Source of the DNA: Eledone cirrhosa
Taxonomy: Eukaryota
DNA: 64,000 nt
Reading direction: 5' to 3'
Assembly: GCA_964016885.1 (NCBI GenBank)
Contig: OZ024741.1
Span: forward strand, 349,866,001-349,930,000
Part shown: piece after piece, positions 28,891-43,254 of the stretch
Numbering within the stretch: position 1 is the first letter of the stretch
Layout of the letters: each line of letters begins with the position of its first letter
Made by a program: the position numbers and the translations under genes
Notes under the pieces: generated by a model
Told to the model about the DNA's origin: nothing
What the model saw: the letters and a program-made list of their open reading frames with translations, nothing else
Database searches by the model: none

Positions 28891-30221
28891 TTAGGGAGAA
28901 GTGTTTAGACGGGGTCCGTATTTGTTAATGAAGTAAGATTCCTTGCTGATGCGATGGGTGTGGGTGGTATTATCTTTAAATTTGTAGAGGGGAAAGATTC
29001 TGAAGTTGGGATGATTTTGGGCGGCACAGGTATCAATGTGTTCACTCAGTGGTATTTTCCTGTATTCCCGTATTTTAATTTGGGATCTATGGACAGTCAT
29101 GCGTTGGCGGAGGCTGTTTTTGGTCTGGCCTATGTATTGTTCTCGACAACCTGAACAAGTTAATACATATATTAGATTTTCCGATGCACATGTGAAATTG
29201 TGTTTTACTATAAAACGTTGTCCATCTTTGAAATAGAATTCCGAACCCTCTATTAGGTTGATGCAAATGCCACAGTTGGGTCTATCGCATTTTTTTACTG
29301 TGGGTTTCGTTGTTGTGGTTGGCAGTACTTTCGCATGTGTTAAGATGTTTTTCATTGACTTGGATTGTCTTTTGCTCTTTATGATATCGTGTGTTCGTAG
29401 AATTTGGTTCATTCTATGGTCCTTTTTCAATACAGGGATGTTCTGGAGGATGGTGTCAAAGGCCTCATTGTTGAGGGGGTTGTGTGTGGAGATGTATGGA
29501 AGAGCTTTTAGTTTTGGTTGATTTACTTTAGGGTGTCTAAGGTCCTGGGTACTGAGTTTTAGGGCACGTTGGATTCCATTGTCAATTAGTGATGCAGGGT
29601 AGTCCCTGCCTATGAGTGTGTCCTTTAGTTCTTGTAGCCGTAAGTAGCAGATGTTTTTATTGGAGACTATAGTACATATTCTCTTGGCTAAGTTGTAGGG
29701 AATATTAATTTTAACGTGTCTAGGGTGGCAAGAGTTGAAGGGGAGATATTGCTTGGAGTCTGTGGGCTTGTAGTATATGTCTGTTTCTATTTTTTTGTTA
29801 TGGATCTTAATGAGGATGTCGAGGAAGGGGAGTTGTTGATGGCTGTATTCCATCGTGAAGTTAATATTTGTGTTGAGCCCATTTATAAGGGTGTGAAATT
29901 CTTTAAGTTTTTCGATGTTTTCGTGCCAAAGGATGAAGCAGTCATCTAGATATCGCTTCCAGTTCCTTTCAATGTGTAAGTGGAGGGTGTTTCCAAATTT
30001 GTTTAGGACTTTAGTGTAGAGGCTGATTTCCAGGTATCCCATGACTAGGTTGGCATAAGTAGGGGCTGTTTTCGTTCCCATAGCGGTCCCAGATTTCTGC
30101 CTGTAGGGTTTGTTATTGAAAACGAAGTAATTGTTCTCCAAGATAAATTTGAGTCCCTCTATCACGAATTCTTTTTTGATGCGTTGTGGGAGTTCATTGT
30201 GGAAATTATCCAGCCAGAAGC
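28891..30221 (-). CDS. Neptune-like PLE ORF, 5'-truncated but uninterrupted (RT motifs 4-7, thumb, GIY-YIG)
   Basis: GTAMGTKTAPTYANL, RYLDD, LPFLD, YKPTD, CDRPNCGIC, LIYVLTCSGC..YIGQT, RMTVH..SEH. Confidence 0.92.
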
Positions 30222-30228
30222 TTCAGGA

Positions 30229-30279
30229 AGCTTCCTGAAGATTTCATCTGAATGAAACAGTACTAGTCCTGTAGAAGCT
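30229..30279 (+). ncRNA. Type I hammerhead (family 'A' variant)
   Basis: AGCTTC-CTGAAGA-tTTC atct GAAt-GAA-ACAG tactagtc CTGT-A^GAAGCT; stem I covaries with the 7671 copy. Confidence 0.8.
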
Positions 30280-30443
30280 CCTTCTATGAAATATATATAT
30301 ATATATATATTAGAAAGTGAGGTTTCTTTTACAAAAGGAAAAATAACCGAGGTGTCCTACACGAGTGAAAGTATAAGGAAAAAAGATGAAATCGAAAATG
30401 CAACTGGAGTCTTTTTTTTTTTAAATATATATTTATTTGGTTC

Positions 30444-30479
30444 CTTTACCGGTTTCGCAGTTCTTCTGCTTTTCAAAAG
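30444..30479 (-). ncRNA. Minimal hammerhead with U3-A8 core
   Basis: CTT-TTGAAAA-GCAG aagaa CTGC-GAA-ACCGGT-A^AAG. Confidence 0.65.
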
Positions 30480-30516
30480 TAGAATTGAGATGGAGGGTCT
30501 GTGGTTTTTCTCACAT

Positions 30517-30597
<81 letters not shown>

Positions 30598-30888
30598 TTA
30601 ATAAATGAAACAAATAAAACACAGGAGGTAATTTTAAACAGTTATATTAGGTTCACGCTTGGTGGAAGTGAAGGATATATATATATGTATGTATACATAC
30701 AAACATACATACACACACATACATACATACATACATACATACATACACACATACATACATACATACATAAATACATGCATACATGCATACATACATACAT
30801 ACATACATACATACATACATACATACATACATACATACATACATACATACATACATACATACATACATACATACATACATACATACAT

Positions 30889-32125
30889 GTCGCATCATAT
30901 CTCTCCGACAACATCTACGAACCTCGAAACGTAGGAGCCCGCTTCTCGAGCAAGTCTATCTGCATGAAACAGATAAGATCATGAGAGTTGGGAAGGAACT
31001 CCTTGAGAGATATTCCCTGTGATAATCAAAAACTCACACCCAGGGATGTATCGCAGTGAATCCATGGATGAAAAACTGCATGCCTAACAGCAAAAAATCA
31101 TGCATGGATATGTTACCAGGAAGCTCCAGAGTGAGAGTAATATAGATAAGGAAAGTAGTCTATCTTGGATCAACAACCGCTATATTGGCTCCCACTTTGA
31201 AGGATACGCTTTTGCAATCCATGAACAGGAGATTAGCACGAAATACCTGATTCACAAAAGAGATAGGGATGCAGGCAAAACACCTAGATGTGATAACAAG
31301 TGCAGACTCTGCAGAACTAACATCGAGGATATCACCCATGTCATCAACAGCTGTCCAAAGATGTCATCGCGGTACTATCTACCTATGAGGCATGATGTAG
31401 TGGCCAAAACACTGTACAATGCAGTTCGTAAAAAAGATAGCCCCGATAATAAACACATTAAAAGCTACAACAATGTGGAAGACATCCACGTACATAATAT
31501 GAAAGAGTACTGGTGGAATGTTCCAGTAAAAACCACAATAAAATGCAGACATAACAGACCAGATATGATATGGGACAGGAAGAAGAAAACATGCACAGCA
31601 GTGGAAATTAGCTGCCCAGCAGATGCCAATATAATATCAAAGATTAGTGAAAAGGAGAATATTTATGCAGAACTGATGACAAATCTGCAGATACTCCACC
31701 TTGATTACACCTTCAGATTTATGCCTGTGATTATTGGGATTATTGGCACTGGGATATGTTCGTAACTGCCTCAATACAAATCTTGAGAAGCTAGGCTTCA
31801 CAGGAATAGAAAGAACACAACTAGTTAGGAAACTACAAGTACAATCCATTAATGGAACAGTAAAAATATGTAAAACATTCCAAACATTTTGCATCTAATA
31901 ACTGCATATACACATGTACAGATACAAAGCATATACACATGCACACATACAACTCAAAACATACACATCCACACATACAATAACATCCATATCTACACAT
32001 GCATACATACATATCTACCTAGTTGATGTTGTGTAAATTCCAATGAGAGAGTCTTGTGTCTATGTTAGAAACCGACTCTCTCTCTATTGGTAAAACTTTG
32101 TGAAATTATAAAACCAGAAGAACAT
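30889..32125 (+). mobile_element. R4/Dong-like non-LTR retrotransposon 3' part (CCHC + restriction-like endonuclease), decayed, in (CATA)n
   Basis: EGYAFAIHEQEISTK, CRLC..EDITHVINSC, RHD, NRPD, KENIY; (CATA)n on both sides. Confidence 0.85.
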
Positions 32126-32144
32126 ACATACATGCATAAAGAAA

Positions 32145-32239
<95 letters not shown>

Positions 32240-32550
32240 GAAGGAAGGAAAAAAAGCGAGTGAGAATAAAACATGAGTTACTTAAGGTGATAACGAAAGA
32301 AAAGTAGAGAGCGAGATGTTGGAAATTGTTTGAAAATACAAAAGAAGAACTAAAACTAACAAGAACAACCGATATTTTCAAGCAGACGACCTGATAATAT
32401 GTTAATAGTAACAGTTTCGATTTTCGGTTGATTAATTTTTATTTTCTTCACAGAGAAGTCTGTCACCTTTCAGGTTTTAACTACATTGAGTTTATAGCTT
32501 CCGCTATACCACCATTTTTGTTTCCTCTATTCTCCGTATACACACACACA

Positions 32551-32629
<79 letters not shown>

Positions 32630-32950
32630 CCCTGATGTCTGATGATTTCCTTCAACAGTTCTAGTCCTGTAGGAGCCGTTTCTATATTAAATTTGTTTTA
32701 TACACTCTACTAATGTATTGAGTACCTTAGTTATTGTGGTTAACACCGATTGAACCCGGAACTCTCACACACACACATATATATATATAAATATATATAT
32801 ATATATGTGTGCGTGTGTGTGTGTGTGTGTATCATGGGTTCAATCGGGGGTAACCACAGTAAGGTACTCCATACATAGTAGAGTATAAATATTTAATATA
32901 GAAATGGCTTCTACAGGACTAGAACTGTTTCATTCGAAGGAAATCATATT
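32630..32950. repeat. Two decayed family 'A' pLTRs, tail to tail; further fragments at 46230-46345
   Basis: CAGTTCTAGTCCTGTAG and TATTGAGTACC motifs on opposite strands. Confidence 0.75.
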
Positions 32951-33399
32951 CTTTACATTGTATGGTTTAACTAATAGGTGGCTAGGTTTGTGACCCAGTC
33001 ATTCCGATCAGCAGATCGTGGTGTAATAAGTAAAAAGCACTCAAGATCATGTGTGTCTTCCATCATAGATGTTTACATACTTCAATGAAAAACATACGAA
33101 GGCCGGATTCCAATAACTTATTTTATTTTTGCGAAACACGTATTTCTGAGGGCTTTTCAATACGTCCTCAAACCATGACGCAATACAATCGGTGACGTCA
33201 TCAGATTGTATGAATGTAATAGATATATGTAAGCAATCCTTACTGAGGCAAATCAAAAATAAGAACGAAAACAAATAATTCATGGTACGGAGACAGCCAA
33301 ACGTTGTTATCGTTAGGACGGCTTGCCTCCGTATGTAAGACTTGCTTAGAGACTCTACTTTTTGACGGAGATATGTCAACTACCACTACTGAAAGATAC

Positions 33400-33712
33400 A
33401 ATTTCAAGTCAACCAAGTGTCCACCCATAGTTAAGGATAGTGGATTTCGTAGTGGACTTCTTAAATTTAGCCGCCAACATTGAATTCCGTAAGTACCATA
33501 GTCCCTTCCAAAAACCCCTCATAAATTAAGAATTTAGATCGTCAAAAATGTATTTGTCTCCCCTCACAAAACGAAGAGCCTATATGAAGTGTATAGAGAT
33601 AGATATGAACAACTTATACTGAACAATATAACAAATAAATACCAGAAGCTAAACCTAACGCATACAATTCAATTAACGACGAAGCCAAAGAACTGGCTAC
33701 ACATTTTATTTT
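33400..33712 (+). pseudogene. Naiad-like PLE N-terminal coding remnant
   Basis: LAANIEFRKYHSPFQ, YEQLILNNITNKY, AYNSINDEAKELA (cf. AYHDINTEAKGFA at ~46870). Confidence 0.6.
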
Positions 33713-33714
33713 AT

Positions 33715-34890
33715 GAAAGTAACGGAAAGAGTTATAGCGCAGCTAATTAGGGAAAGAGACAATTAGACGAGATGCAGTTTGGTTTCATGTCTGAGATGCC
33801 CTCGTTTTAGTGAGGCAACTACAAGAGAAGTACCTAGCCAAGAATAAGCTACTGTATTTAAATTTTGTTGACCTAGAAAAGGCCTATTATCTGGTGATCC
33901 TGTAAAGTGAGAGTAGGAAGTGAGTTTAGTGAGGAATTCAATGTACAAGCAGGAGTTCATCAAGGTTCAGTTCCTAGCCCACTACTGTTCATCATAGTTT
34001 TCCAGGCCATAACAAAGGAGTTTAAAACTGGCTGTCCATGGGAACTTCTCTATGTAGATGATCTGGTCCTTATAGCCGAATCCACCAAAGAACTAGAAAA
34101 TAAGTTCCAACTATGGAAACGGAATTTGGAATCAAAAGTTCTGAGAGTAAACCTCAGGGAAGTGGCCCTACTCAATATGTATAAAATGAGTAGGTATAAA
34201 CTCCATATACAATGTAAATCTTAGGTACACAAGGGATGCAGTAGGATAACGGATAGACTAACAGGAAAGGAAGACTTTGTATGTGGAAGATGCACAGGAG
34301 TAATCGAGAGGAAGAGCATCTGTGATATAAACCTTTTCAAGTCATAGGAAGGCCCCATAGAAGTGGTTGATAGCTTTTGCTATCCAGATGAATTAATTAT
34401 CAACAGAGGAGGGTGCTCTGAGAGCATAATAGTTAGAATAAGGATAAGATGGAAGAAGTTTAGAGAGCTACTCCCACTGTTGACAACAAAAAGCTTCTCC
34501 CTACATACAAAAGACGACTGTATGATGCACGTGTGCGAAGTGTGATGCTGCATGGTAGTAAAACAAGGGAATTGACTGCGTAGACTGGAGAGAAATTATT
34601 CGTTGGATGTGCAATGTAAATGTGAGTGAAAGGCAGAGGTTGGTTGAACTGGGGCGAAGCTGGATTTAAGAGGTATCCGAGCTGATGTACCGGAGAGAAA
34701 ACTGCGTTGGTACGGACGCATGGATGATGATCGAGGGCCGAAGAATGGCCAGGAAAGGCCAGTGGAAGGAAACTGCAGTAGTGGTAGACCATCGAAGATT
34801 TGGGTAGTGGTGGTGAGAGCTTACCTCAAATCGCTGAGACTCACAGAGTGGAAAAATGGACTTCAAAATGATAATGATGAAGATAATGAT
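33715..34890 (+). pseudogene. Decayed RTE-like LINE RT and 3' end
   Basis: MQFGFM, GVHQGSVPSPLLF, WELLYVDDLVL, WKKFRELLPLL, LRWYG; short ATG/ATA-type tail. Confidence 0.85.
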
Positions 34891-35068
34891 ATAGTCACCA
34901 AACAAGTATCTAAACTCTAAAACTGAGATTTGTTTGACATTTTTTGCATCTGAAAAGTCATCTTTTGTCCAATTAGAAAAGAATGTCCGTTCACCAGACC
35001 TGCTAAATAGTTTATATCTATAGTTGAATTGAATAAATTAGGTACCTCTTAAAACGGAAAAGAATTGA

Positions 35069-35144
<76 letters not shown>

Positions 35145-35341
35145 CAAAGAGGGTGAGGTAAGATACCAGGTGGACCATAACCCACCAGAGTACTGGATAT
35201 TTGGGGTAGTAGAGTGGGTAATATGAAAAGATTCAGGACCCCGACGGCTGAGTTACGGCAGATCTGAGTTCGACAGCTAGATCTGAACAGTTCGGATCTA
35301 GCTGTCGAAATAGCCGGAGCTCATATATATATATATATATA

Positions 35342-35917
35342 TCTGTATATATATAAAGCTGAAGTTTTCTGTGTGTGTGTGTGGATAATTTTTAATGAGG
35401 GCTCATATATTCTAAACCATTCATGCGATTTCTTTGGAATTTTTTACAGAGCTTCTCTTTGCACAAAACCTGTACATGATCTACAAAGGCTTCAAAAATC
35501 GATATTGGAGACATTAAAAAAGTTTCGGTTATTTGTGTCAATTTTCGTGATTAAGTAATACAAGAGTTATCTTTCGTCAATACAATAGGAATTCATTTTT
35601 GATGTTGTCAAAAATTTTGTTTTGGGATTTTGATTATTACAATTCGGCTCATTCGGATTTTACTTTACTCTTTGTACTTGAAACAAAATATTTTACTGTT
35701 GTCAAAAAAATGTATACCTAGACTGGATTTCTGTTGTTACATGGGATAACGGATGACACCGAGCTCACGTATTAATTATTTCGCTGGAATAGTGCCTAAG
35801 GTTTTCATGTTTACATAAAGTACGTTTTTCTTCTATGTATTCAAATTTACTTTGTTTAGTTTAATGAGCTACATCGAAAGCTACTTGAACCGTCCAAAGG
35901 ACGGGTACTTTTGCTAG
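35342..35917 (+). mobile_element. Complete non-autonomous Helitron
   Basis: A|TC 5' start; 3' hairpin CCGTCC-aaa-GGACGG followed by CTAG|T; no TSD. Confidence 0.75.
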
Positions 35918-36329
35918 TATATATATATATAGTGTAGGTGATTCAGTGAATTACTGGTGTTGGTACCAAAGCAAGCATTCTATGCACAAACAGAGTGTAT
36001 ATATTAGAAAAAAAACGAAACTTTTTTCAAGTATATATATATATGGGGGGTGGGGGGTGATGTGTGTGCGTGTAGTTCAAAAGGATAAACAAACTCAGGA
36101 GTACATAGTTGTATTAGTTTCACGCTAATATTATAAAGAGTCTGGACAGCGACGGCTCAGCTCTTCCCGTTTCAACAACTAATTCCATTGAAATGGGGCA
36201 AGAGCTCAGCCGTCGTGGTCCCGACTCTATAATATAACGCTACTCTACTACCCCAAGTATCGAGTACTCTGGTGAGTCTAACTAATTTTGTAACTGAATC
36301 CATCCTGATTTATATATACACACACACAC

Positions 36330-36416
<87 letters not shown>

Positions 36417-36417
36417 T

Positions 36418-36493
<76 letters not shown>

Positions 36494-36795
36494 ATATGTT
36501 TATATGTTTATATGTTTATATGTACGTCTGTATGGGTGTTTATACATGTAATTTGTATTTTCTTATAAAATTTTATCTATCCACCTTTGCTCACTCTTTT
36601 CTCTTTTATGATTCTTTGTCTCTTTCTTACTCTCCCCACTACTGTCTGTATGCCTCTCTCTCTCTCTATCCCTCTCCCTCCGTCAATTTCTTTCTCGCTC
36701 TCTATTTCTCTCACTCTTTCCACTACTATCTCTATGTCTATATGTTTATCCCTGTCTTCCACTCTCCTTTTTTCTCTGCCATTTTCTTTCTCCTC

Positions 36796-36827
<32 letters not shown>

Positions 36828-37067
36828 CGATCACTTTCTCCGCCACTCTCTCTTTCTCTCTCTTTCCCTCTCTCTACTTATCTATCTATCACTTTCTCCA
36901 CCCATCCCTTCTCTCTCTCTCTCTCTTTTTTTCTCTCTCTCACTCTCTTTACTTATCTATCTATCACCTTCTCCCCCCTTTCGCACTCCTTTCTTATCTA
37001 TCACTTTCTCCGCCCCCTCCTCTCTCTCACTCTCACTCAAACTTCCTCTCTCTCTATATATATATAT

Positions 37068-39130
37068 AGTCCACCGCTCCACCACCCTCACCCCACGCCA
37101 CCGCACACCCACCCACCGTCTCCCCTTCCCCATCACCAACCACCCCTCCACCTTACCCCTTCACCGCACCATCCGCCGCCTCCAGTCCGACCCCTCCACC
37201 TCCCACATCTTCCCAACCCCACCACTCCCCTCCTCCAAACGCGCACGCAATCTCCCCCCCCCACCCACGCTCTCTACCCCCCCCCCCCTGGTTCCTTTCC
37301 CTGTTCTAGGCCCCGCTGCAACACCTGTCCCCACATCACCAACACCACCACCTTCCAGGGTCCCAACGGCCACTCTCTCTCTGTCCGGCATGCCTTCCGC
37401 TGCACCTCCTGCAACCTAGTCTACGGATTTCGCTGCACGGAGTACAGCGCGACTTACGTCGGACAGACGGGACGTCGCCTGGCGGACAGATTCACTGAGC
37501 ACCTCCGGGATATTCGGCTCGGTGGTAGTTCCCCCATCGCCCGCCACTTTGGTGCCCCTGGACATTCCGCACGCCATCTCACAGTCTGTGGCCTACTCCA
37601 ATGCCACGGAACACCCGCCAATCTCCACAGAGTTGAACAAAGAACCATCTTCATCTTACAGACCCACACTCCCCGCGGCCTGAACTCCCCACCCTTATTC
37701 CTTTAGCCTTCGCCCGCTCCCCTCCCCCCACACATATCCCCCACTAACACCACTAACACACCCCTCCTTTTCACCGTCCACCCCACAACTAACAATACTA
37801 ACACCTCCACTCCACCCCTCATCCGACCACCCTTCCCCAACTAACATACTAACATCCCTCCCTTCTTCCCCCCTCCTTATCACACGCACACACACACCGG
37901 CACATATATACACGCGCTCACACTAAACACACACCCTACTACCACCACTAACCCTCACCCCCACACATCCACCCCACCACCCCGCAACTAACATCACTAA
38001 CACCCCCTGACCCCAAGCACACGAACACACGCACCCACTTACACCACCCACCCTACACGCAACTAACATCACTAACACCCCCCAACCCCACGCACACGTA
38101 CACACACACCCTCTTACACCACCAACTCTACACACCCTACCACCACTAACCCCCACTCACACCCACATTCAACCCTTTCTCCACCTCCCGTATACTAACA
38201 CCCACTAACACCCCCTTCATCAAACTACACACACACCAGTACACCACACTCCCTCCATCGATCCCCACACCCTTCTTTCCCCGCTCCACCCACACCCTTT
38301 CTCAAACACTCACTCATCCCACTAACACCTCTACTAATACACACACACACCCTCCTCACTCCAACTTTCACACCTACCCATCCTCGCCCCTTTACCATTC
38401 CACCCTACTGCTGCTATGCCATCTGACCACCTCCCAGCACACACAGACACACAGCACTCCTACTGCCTTGACCACTTCCTGTTGCGCGCGCACCCCACAT
38501 CTCCCCTCTTCCGACCAATCTCTTCACGGATTACTCGTATGTGGACCTTGACCGCGGAATCAACTACCATCCTAGGATTTTACTAACCATTCCACCACAT
38601 CTTCTTACGGAATCACCTTTTTGACTCACCCACACACAAAAAAAATTTTTCCCACACGCCACCTACACCCACAACACGCTTAAACCCCATACACACGTGC
38701 GTTCCACCATATATTTACACATTCAGCCTCCGGATTCCTCTCCCCCCACCCCTCTATCCACACACGCACACACACTCCGACCTACACCCCACCCCACACA
38801 CCTCTTCCTGAACATGCAACCCCGTTCTTCCCCCAACCCTTGCTTTCACATATACACACACGCACACACACGTACACCTACACACACAAACCACCTTCAG
38901 TCCTCCCCGCTCGGAAACCCCGTCTCCTTCTCCCCACTCCACCCGCCACCACTCCTACACGCCCCACAACCTTCCACCACCTGTTTTACACCATTTTAAT
39001 TTTATTTTGATCATGCTTTTATTTTTAATTTCATTCGCACCGTTTCCTCCCACCCCCTTTTCGCTATATGTCTCTCCACCACTCCCCTACACACCCTTTG
39101 AACTCTCTTCCCACACACTTTTCACCTCTC
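37068..39130 (+). mobile_element. Neptune-like PLE GIY-YIG fragment (to 37706) with long C/A-rich 3'UTR
   Basis: KRARNL, PCSRPRCNTCPHI, NLVYGFRC..YVGQTGRRLADRFTEH, IARHF, RGLN; 3' boundary approximate. Confidence 0.85.
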
Positions 39131-39149
39131 TGTTTTGTTCCTGTTCAAA

Positions 39150-42100
39150 TTTTCCATTATATATATATTTTCCAATATATATAAAAACTACAATAACAAC
39201 AGAACAAATCCGCTTCTTAAAACACTGTGTTTCCTCCAAAACATATCAAACATATCAAAACTAGTAAATAATTTATTATTGAACAAAACACAAGCTGAAC
39301 GACTAAAACACACAATAACAGTTAATATGAAAAGAACAACATACACAAAAGTCAACGAACTTTACAGACAGAAACGCATTAACGGTAAGGAAATCCGAAA
39401 TCTCACCACATCAAACGAGAGGGATAACTTCATGAGCGTCATCCGACGTGAAACGAAATACGCCCGAAACGAATGCAATAGGCATTTCAATAAGAAATTA
39501 GAATGGATGAATAAGAAAAAACTACAAGAAAGGAAAATAGAATATTCTCAAAAATACCCAGATAACATCGACAATATCCGTATGACTGATGTAAAACTAC
39601 CGGAAGAATTTACCAATGACCACACAGTAAATATTTATGGGAACACTTTAATCAGTGAACAAGAACAACAAATCCTGCGGCTACCACCAAAATTTGCCAT
39701 CTACAAAAAGATTAACCCTATGGAGTGCAAAACGGAGCTGGAAAAGTGTTTCACAAAAATACGTTGGAATGCAAAGGTAAACAACAACAACAACAACAAT
39801 AATAACGGTAGTAGTAATATAAACAATAACTCTGAGTATAGAAATAACAGCCATAACTATAACAATAGCAGGAAAGTGAGAAATAGTGATAATGGTAATA
39901 ATACTAACGATAGACAGAACAACAACAACCACAATAATAATAATAATAGAAACATTAACCACAGACACAGCAGCAGCGACCACAGTAGTAATAACGGTAA
40001 CAATACGAACAACAACAACAATAACCACAGTGGTAATAATGGAAATAGTACATGTAGCAACATCAATGATAGACACAACAAAAACAAGAAACATAATAAA
40101 AGTAACAACCACAATGGTAGAAATAACAGTAACAACAACAACAATAACGGTGAAGTAAACAACAATACATCTAGCAATCATAACAATAATAATAATGCTA
40201 ATGATAGAAACAACAACAACCATCATGATAACAATAATAGCAACACACACAACTATGACGATAGATATAATGACAACCCCTTAGAGAAACTATTTTTCAA
40301 CCCAGCTGACAAAACATATAAGATGGGTAATATCTATCCTACGAGGTTACCCTTTAATAAAAGAGTTTGCATACCACAACAAATAGATGACGAGACAGAG
40401 GCACAGTTCACCATAGCTAGAAATAAGATTAGACAAATAGTAGACAGGTATACTAAGAGACAGAGCAGACCAGAGGCCCAACAACTTGGGAGGAAACCTG
40501 TAGAAGGCTTGGTTAGTCTCAAGCAGCGCACAAGGGATGGTGAGGTAGTATGTCTACCCACGGATAAGTCTGGTAGGATGTCAATAGATAGCATGCCGAA
40601 CTACATCAAGGCTATGCAACCCCACATCACCAACACGAGCGAAATTGCACAACAAACACACGATGGGAGAGAGAAAATCCTCAACGCTCACATGCTTCCA
40701 GGCGTCTAACAATGACATACCACCATTGTATGGGCTCCGCAAAGACCACAAGACAGTCGACGACCCGACAACAGGACCACCAACAAAACCCGTATGCGGA
40801 GCCAATGTAGCTAGTAACTACAGGATCTCCTACTTCCTCTCAATGGTTATACGCCCCATAATCAAGATGTCCCCAGATGTATGTGACAGTACAGAGGACC
40901 TCCTCAGCAGAATCAGTGAGTGCAACAAAAACAGGAACCTATCCAACTGCATAATAGGCAGCATGGATGTGGTGTCACTGTACCCATCCATTAACATTGA
41001 TTTTGCTGTGAAAAGATGTGTGGAGATGATCATTGGGAGTGAGGTGGAGTTCTGCGACGTCGACACAGGCGAACTGGGCCTCCTACTTAGACTTACCTAC
41101 GACACTGACTACCTAGACAGCCATGACCTCAGATGTTTCTGCCCTAGTAGACCTATAAGAGGTAGACCCCCCACCATAACCTCAATGGCAAAAAAGACTC
41201 CCATGGGAAGGTGGATTGGGTGGACCAAAGCTATACGGATCCCCCAAAACAATGATCAGGTAAGAAAAATGGTCGCACATGCAATAGGGGCTAGTATCAA
41301 AACTACCCTAAAGGGCCACATTTAAGTTCAACGAGAAGATCTACACCCAAAATGAGGGAGCAGCCATCGGTGTCAGCATAGCTGGTGATGTTGCCAACCT
41401 TTTCATGGTATGGTGGGAAAGGAGACTTAAAGATCTCCTTAATGAGAGCTCCATAGACCGCATCATGTACTCTCGTTATGTAGACGATATCAATATAGTT
41501 ATAAGAACACCCCCACTAGAGAGCACTAACAAGTTTGATTTAGAACGTAGCACGATGGAAAGCATCCAGCAGATAGCTAATTCCATACACCAGAGTATAA
41601 CTGTAACTATCGACTTCCCTTCCAAACACCCTAACAATAGACTACCTGTATTAGACACAGAACTCTGGATTAACACTATAGACGAGAGAGCCCAAATTCT
41701 CCACTCACACTATGCTAAACCCATGGCCTCTAAATACCTGATACTCAAAAACTCAGCAATGTCCAGTAGTGCTAAGTTTAATATTCTGATCGCAGATTTG
41801 GTACGAGTGATGAAGAATGTGTCCCGCATGTGCGACCCAACAGAAATGGAAAGACACATCCAACACTTCATCAACCGCATGCAGTTCTCTGGCTACAACC
41901 AAAGAGACAGTCAGAGTATACGAAGGAGCCATGGAGAAGTATAAGACCCTCATAGAACTGGACATGAAAGGAATTTGCCCATTATACAGGAGCAAATCAT
42001 GGAATAGCTTAGATAGGGCTAGACATAAGATAGGGAAAGCCACCTCATGGTACGACAACCAGAGATACCAGAGTGTCATGTTTGTGGACGCTACCCCTGG

Positions 42101-42629
42101 AGGGAAATTAGCTAACCAGTGTAGAAAGACCCTGAGAAAGACCCACTTGAAAATAAAGGTGGTAGAAAAGCCAGGAACCACCATAAAATCCCTGATCAGC
42201 AAAACCTACCCTTTTAAGAAAACCCACTGTACCAATAGGAAATGTATCATATGTAAGGTGAACCCCCGGATAAACTGTAAAACTAGAAACGTAGTCTATA
42301 GCATAAGATGTACAGAGGGTACTTGCAGAAACATGACAACAACATACATAGGTGAGACAGCTCGTAGTATAGGTGAAAGGATAGACCAACACTGGGGGGA
42401 ACTAAAAGGACGAAAAAACGGGTCAGTACTATACGAAAATGCTAGACAACAACATGACGGTAACATAGACAACATAGAAATTAGAATAATATCTAAACAT
42501 AGAAATGACCCAGCAGATAGGCAAATCAGAGAGGCCAGTGAAATAGAAATTAGAAGACCAAGGCTAAACAGAAAGAATGAATGGAATAACAACACCCAAA
42601 CAAACAACACTGACCTAAGAGAAGTATAA
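39150..42629 (+). pseudogene. Near full-length PLE ORF (Nematis-like) with ~4 frameshifts and an Asn-rich insert
   Basis: PTDKSG, PPLYGLRKDHK, SMDVVSLYPSI, GAAIGVSIAGDVANLFM, RYVDD, LPVLD, VVYSIRC..YIGETARS; clade label recalled from motifs, not computed. Confidence 0.88.
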
Positions 42630-42871
42630 ATAAGTAAATAAAATAAAATAAATAAATAAATAAATAAATACATACACAAGCACAATAACAACAAGTACAT
42701 AAACACACACTAGTCACCCATCACACAGCAAACAAAACACTATACACACACGCAAACGCATGCGCAAAGAAGACAAAATAAAATAAACAAACAAGCAAAT
42801 AATAAATAAATATATAGATAGACTGAATAAAAATGGCGTAGACATACAATACAACAGGAGGAAAATATAGC

Positions 42872-42913
42872 ACCACTGACGATGTTGCAGATGTGCAACG
42901 AAAGATTTATGAT
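42872..42913 (+). ncRNA. Minimal type I hammerhead in the 3'UTR of the PLE above
   Basis: AcCA-CTGACGA-T-GTTGCA gatg TGCAAC-GAAA-gatt-TA^TGaT. Confidence 0.78.
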
Positions 42914-43254
42914 AAACTATATATATATGTTTGTGTCTATATTGTATCTGTATTATTTTTGACCGTCGGTCAGTCAATGGCAACATTGAGGACCGAGTAA
43001 GTTAGATTACCGATATAAAAGACACAGAAGCGAGAAGCGAAAACCAACCAAACAGTAAGTGTGTTCTGTTATTAATTCTGGCAATATTATTACACAAATA
43101 AGACCCTCCCCAAGTATAACAATATTTGTTTCGACACACGATTTCATATAAAAAACCTCGCAAAACTAATTCATCGCCGCTACATATATATTTATTTCTC
43201 AGTAATTTATGTCTTCGGAAGTCAATGTCCTCTGAAGAAACGTGCACCTGAAAT

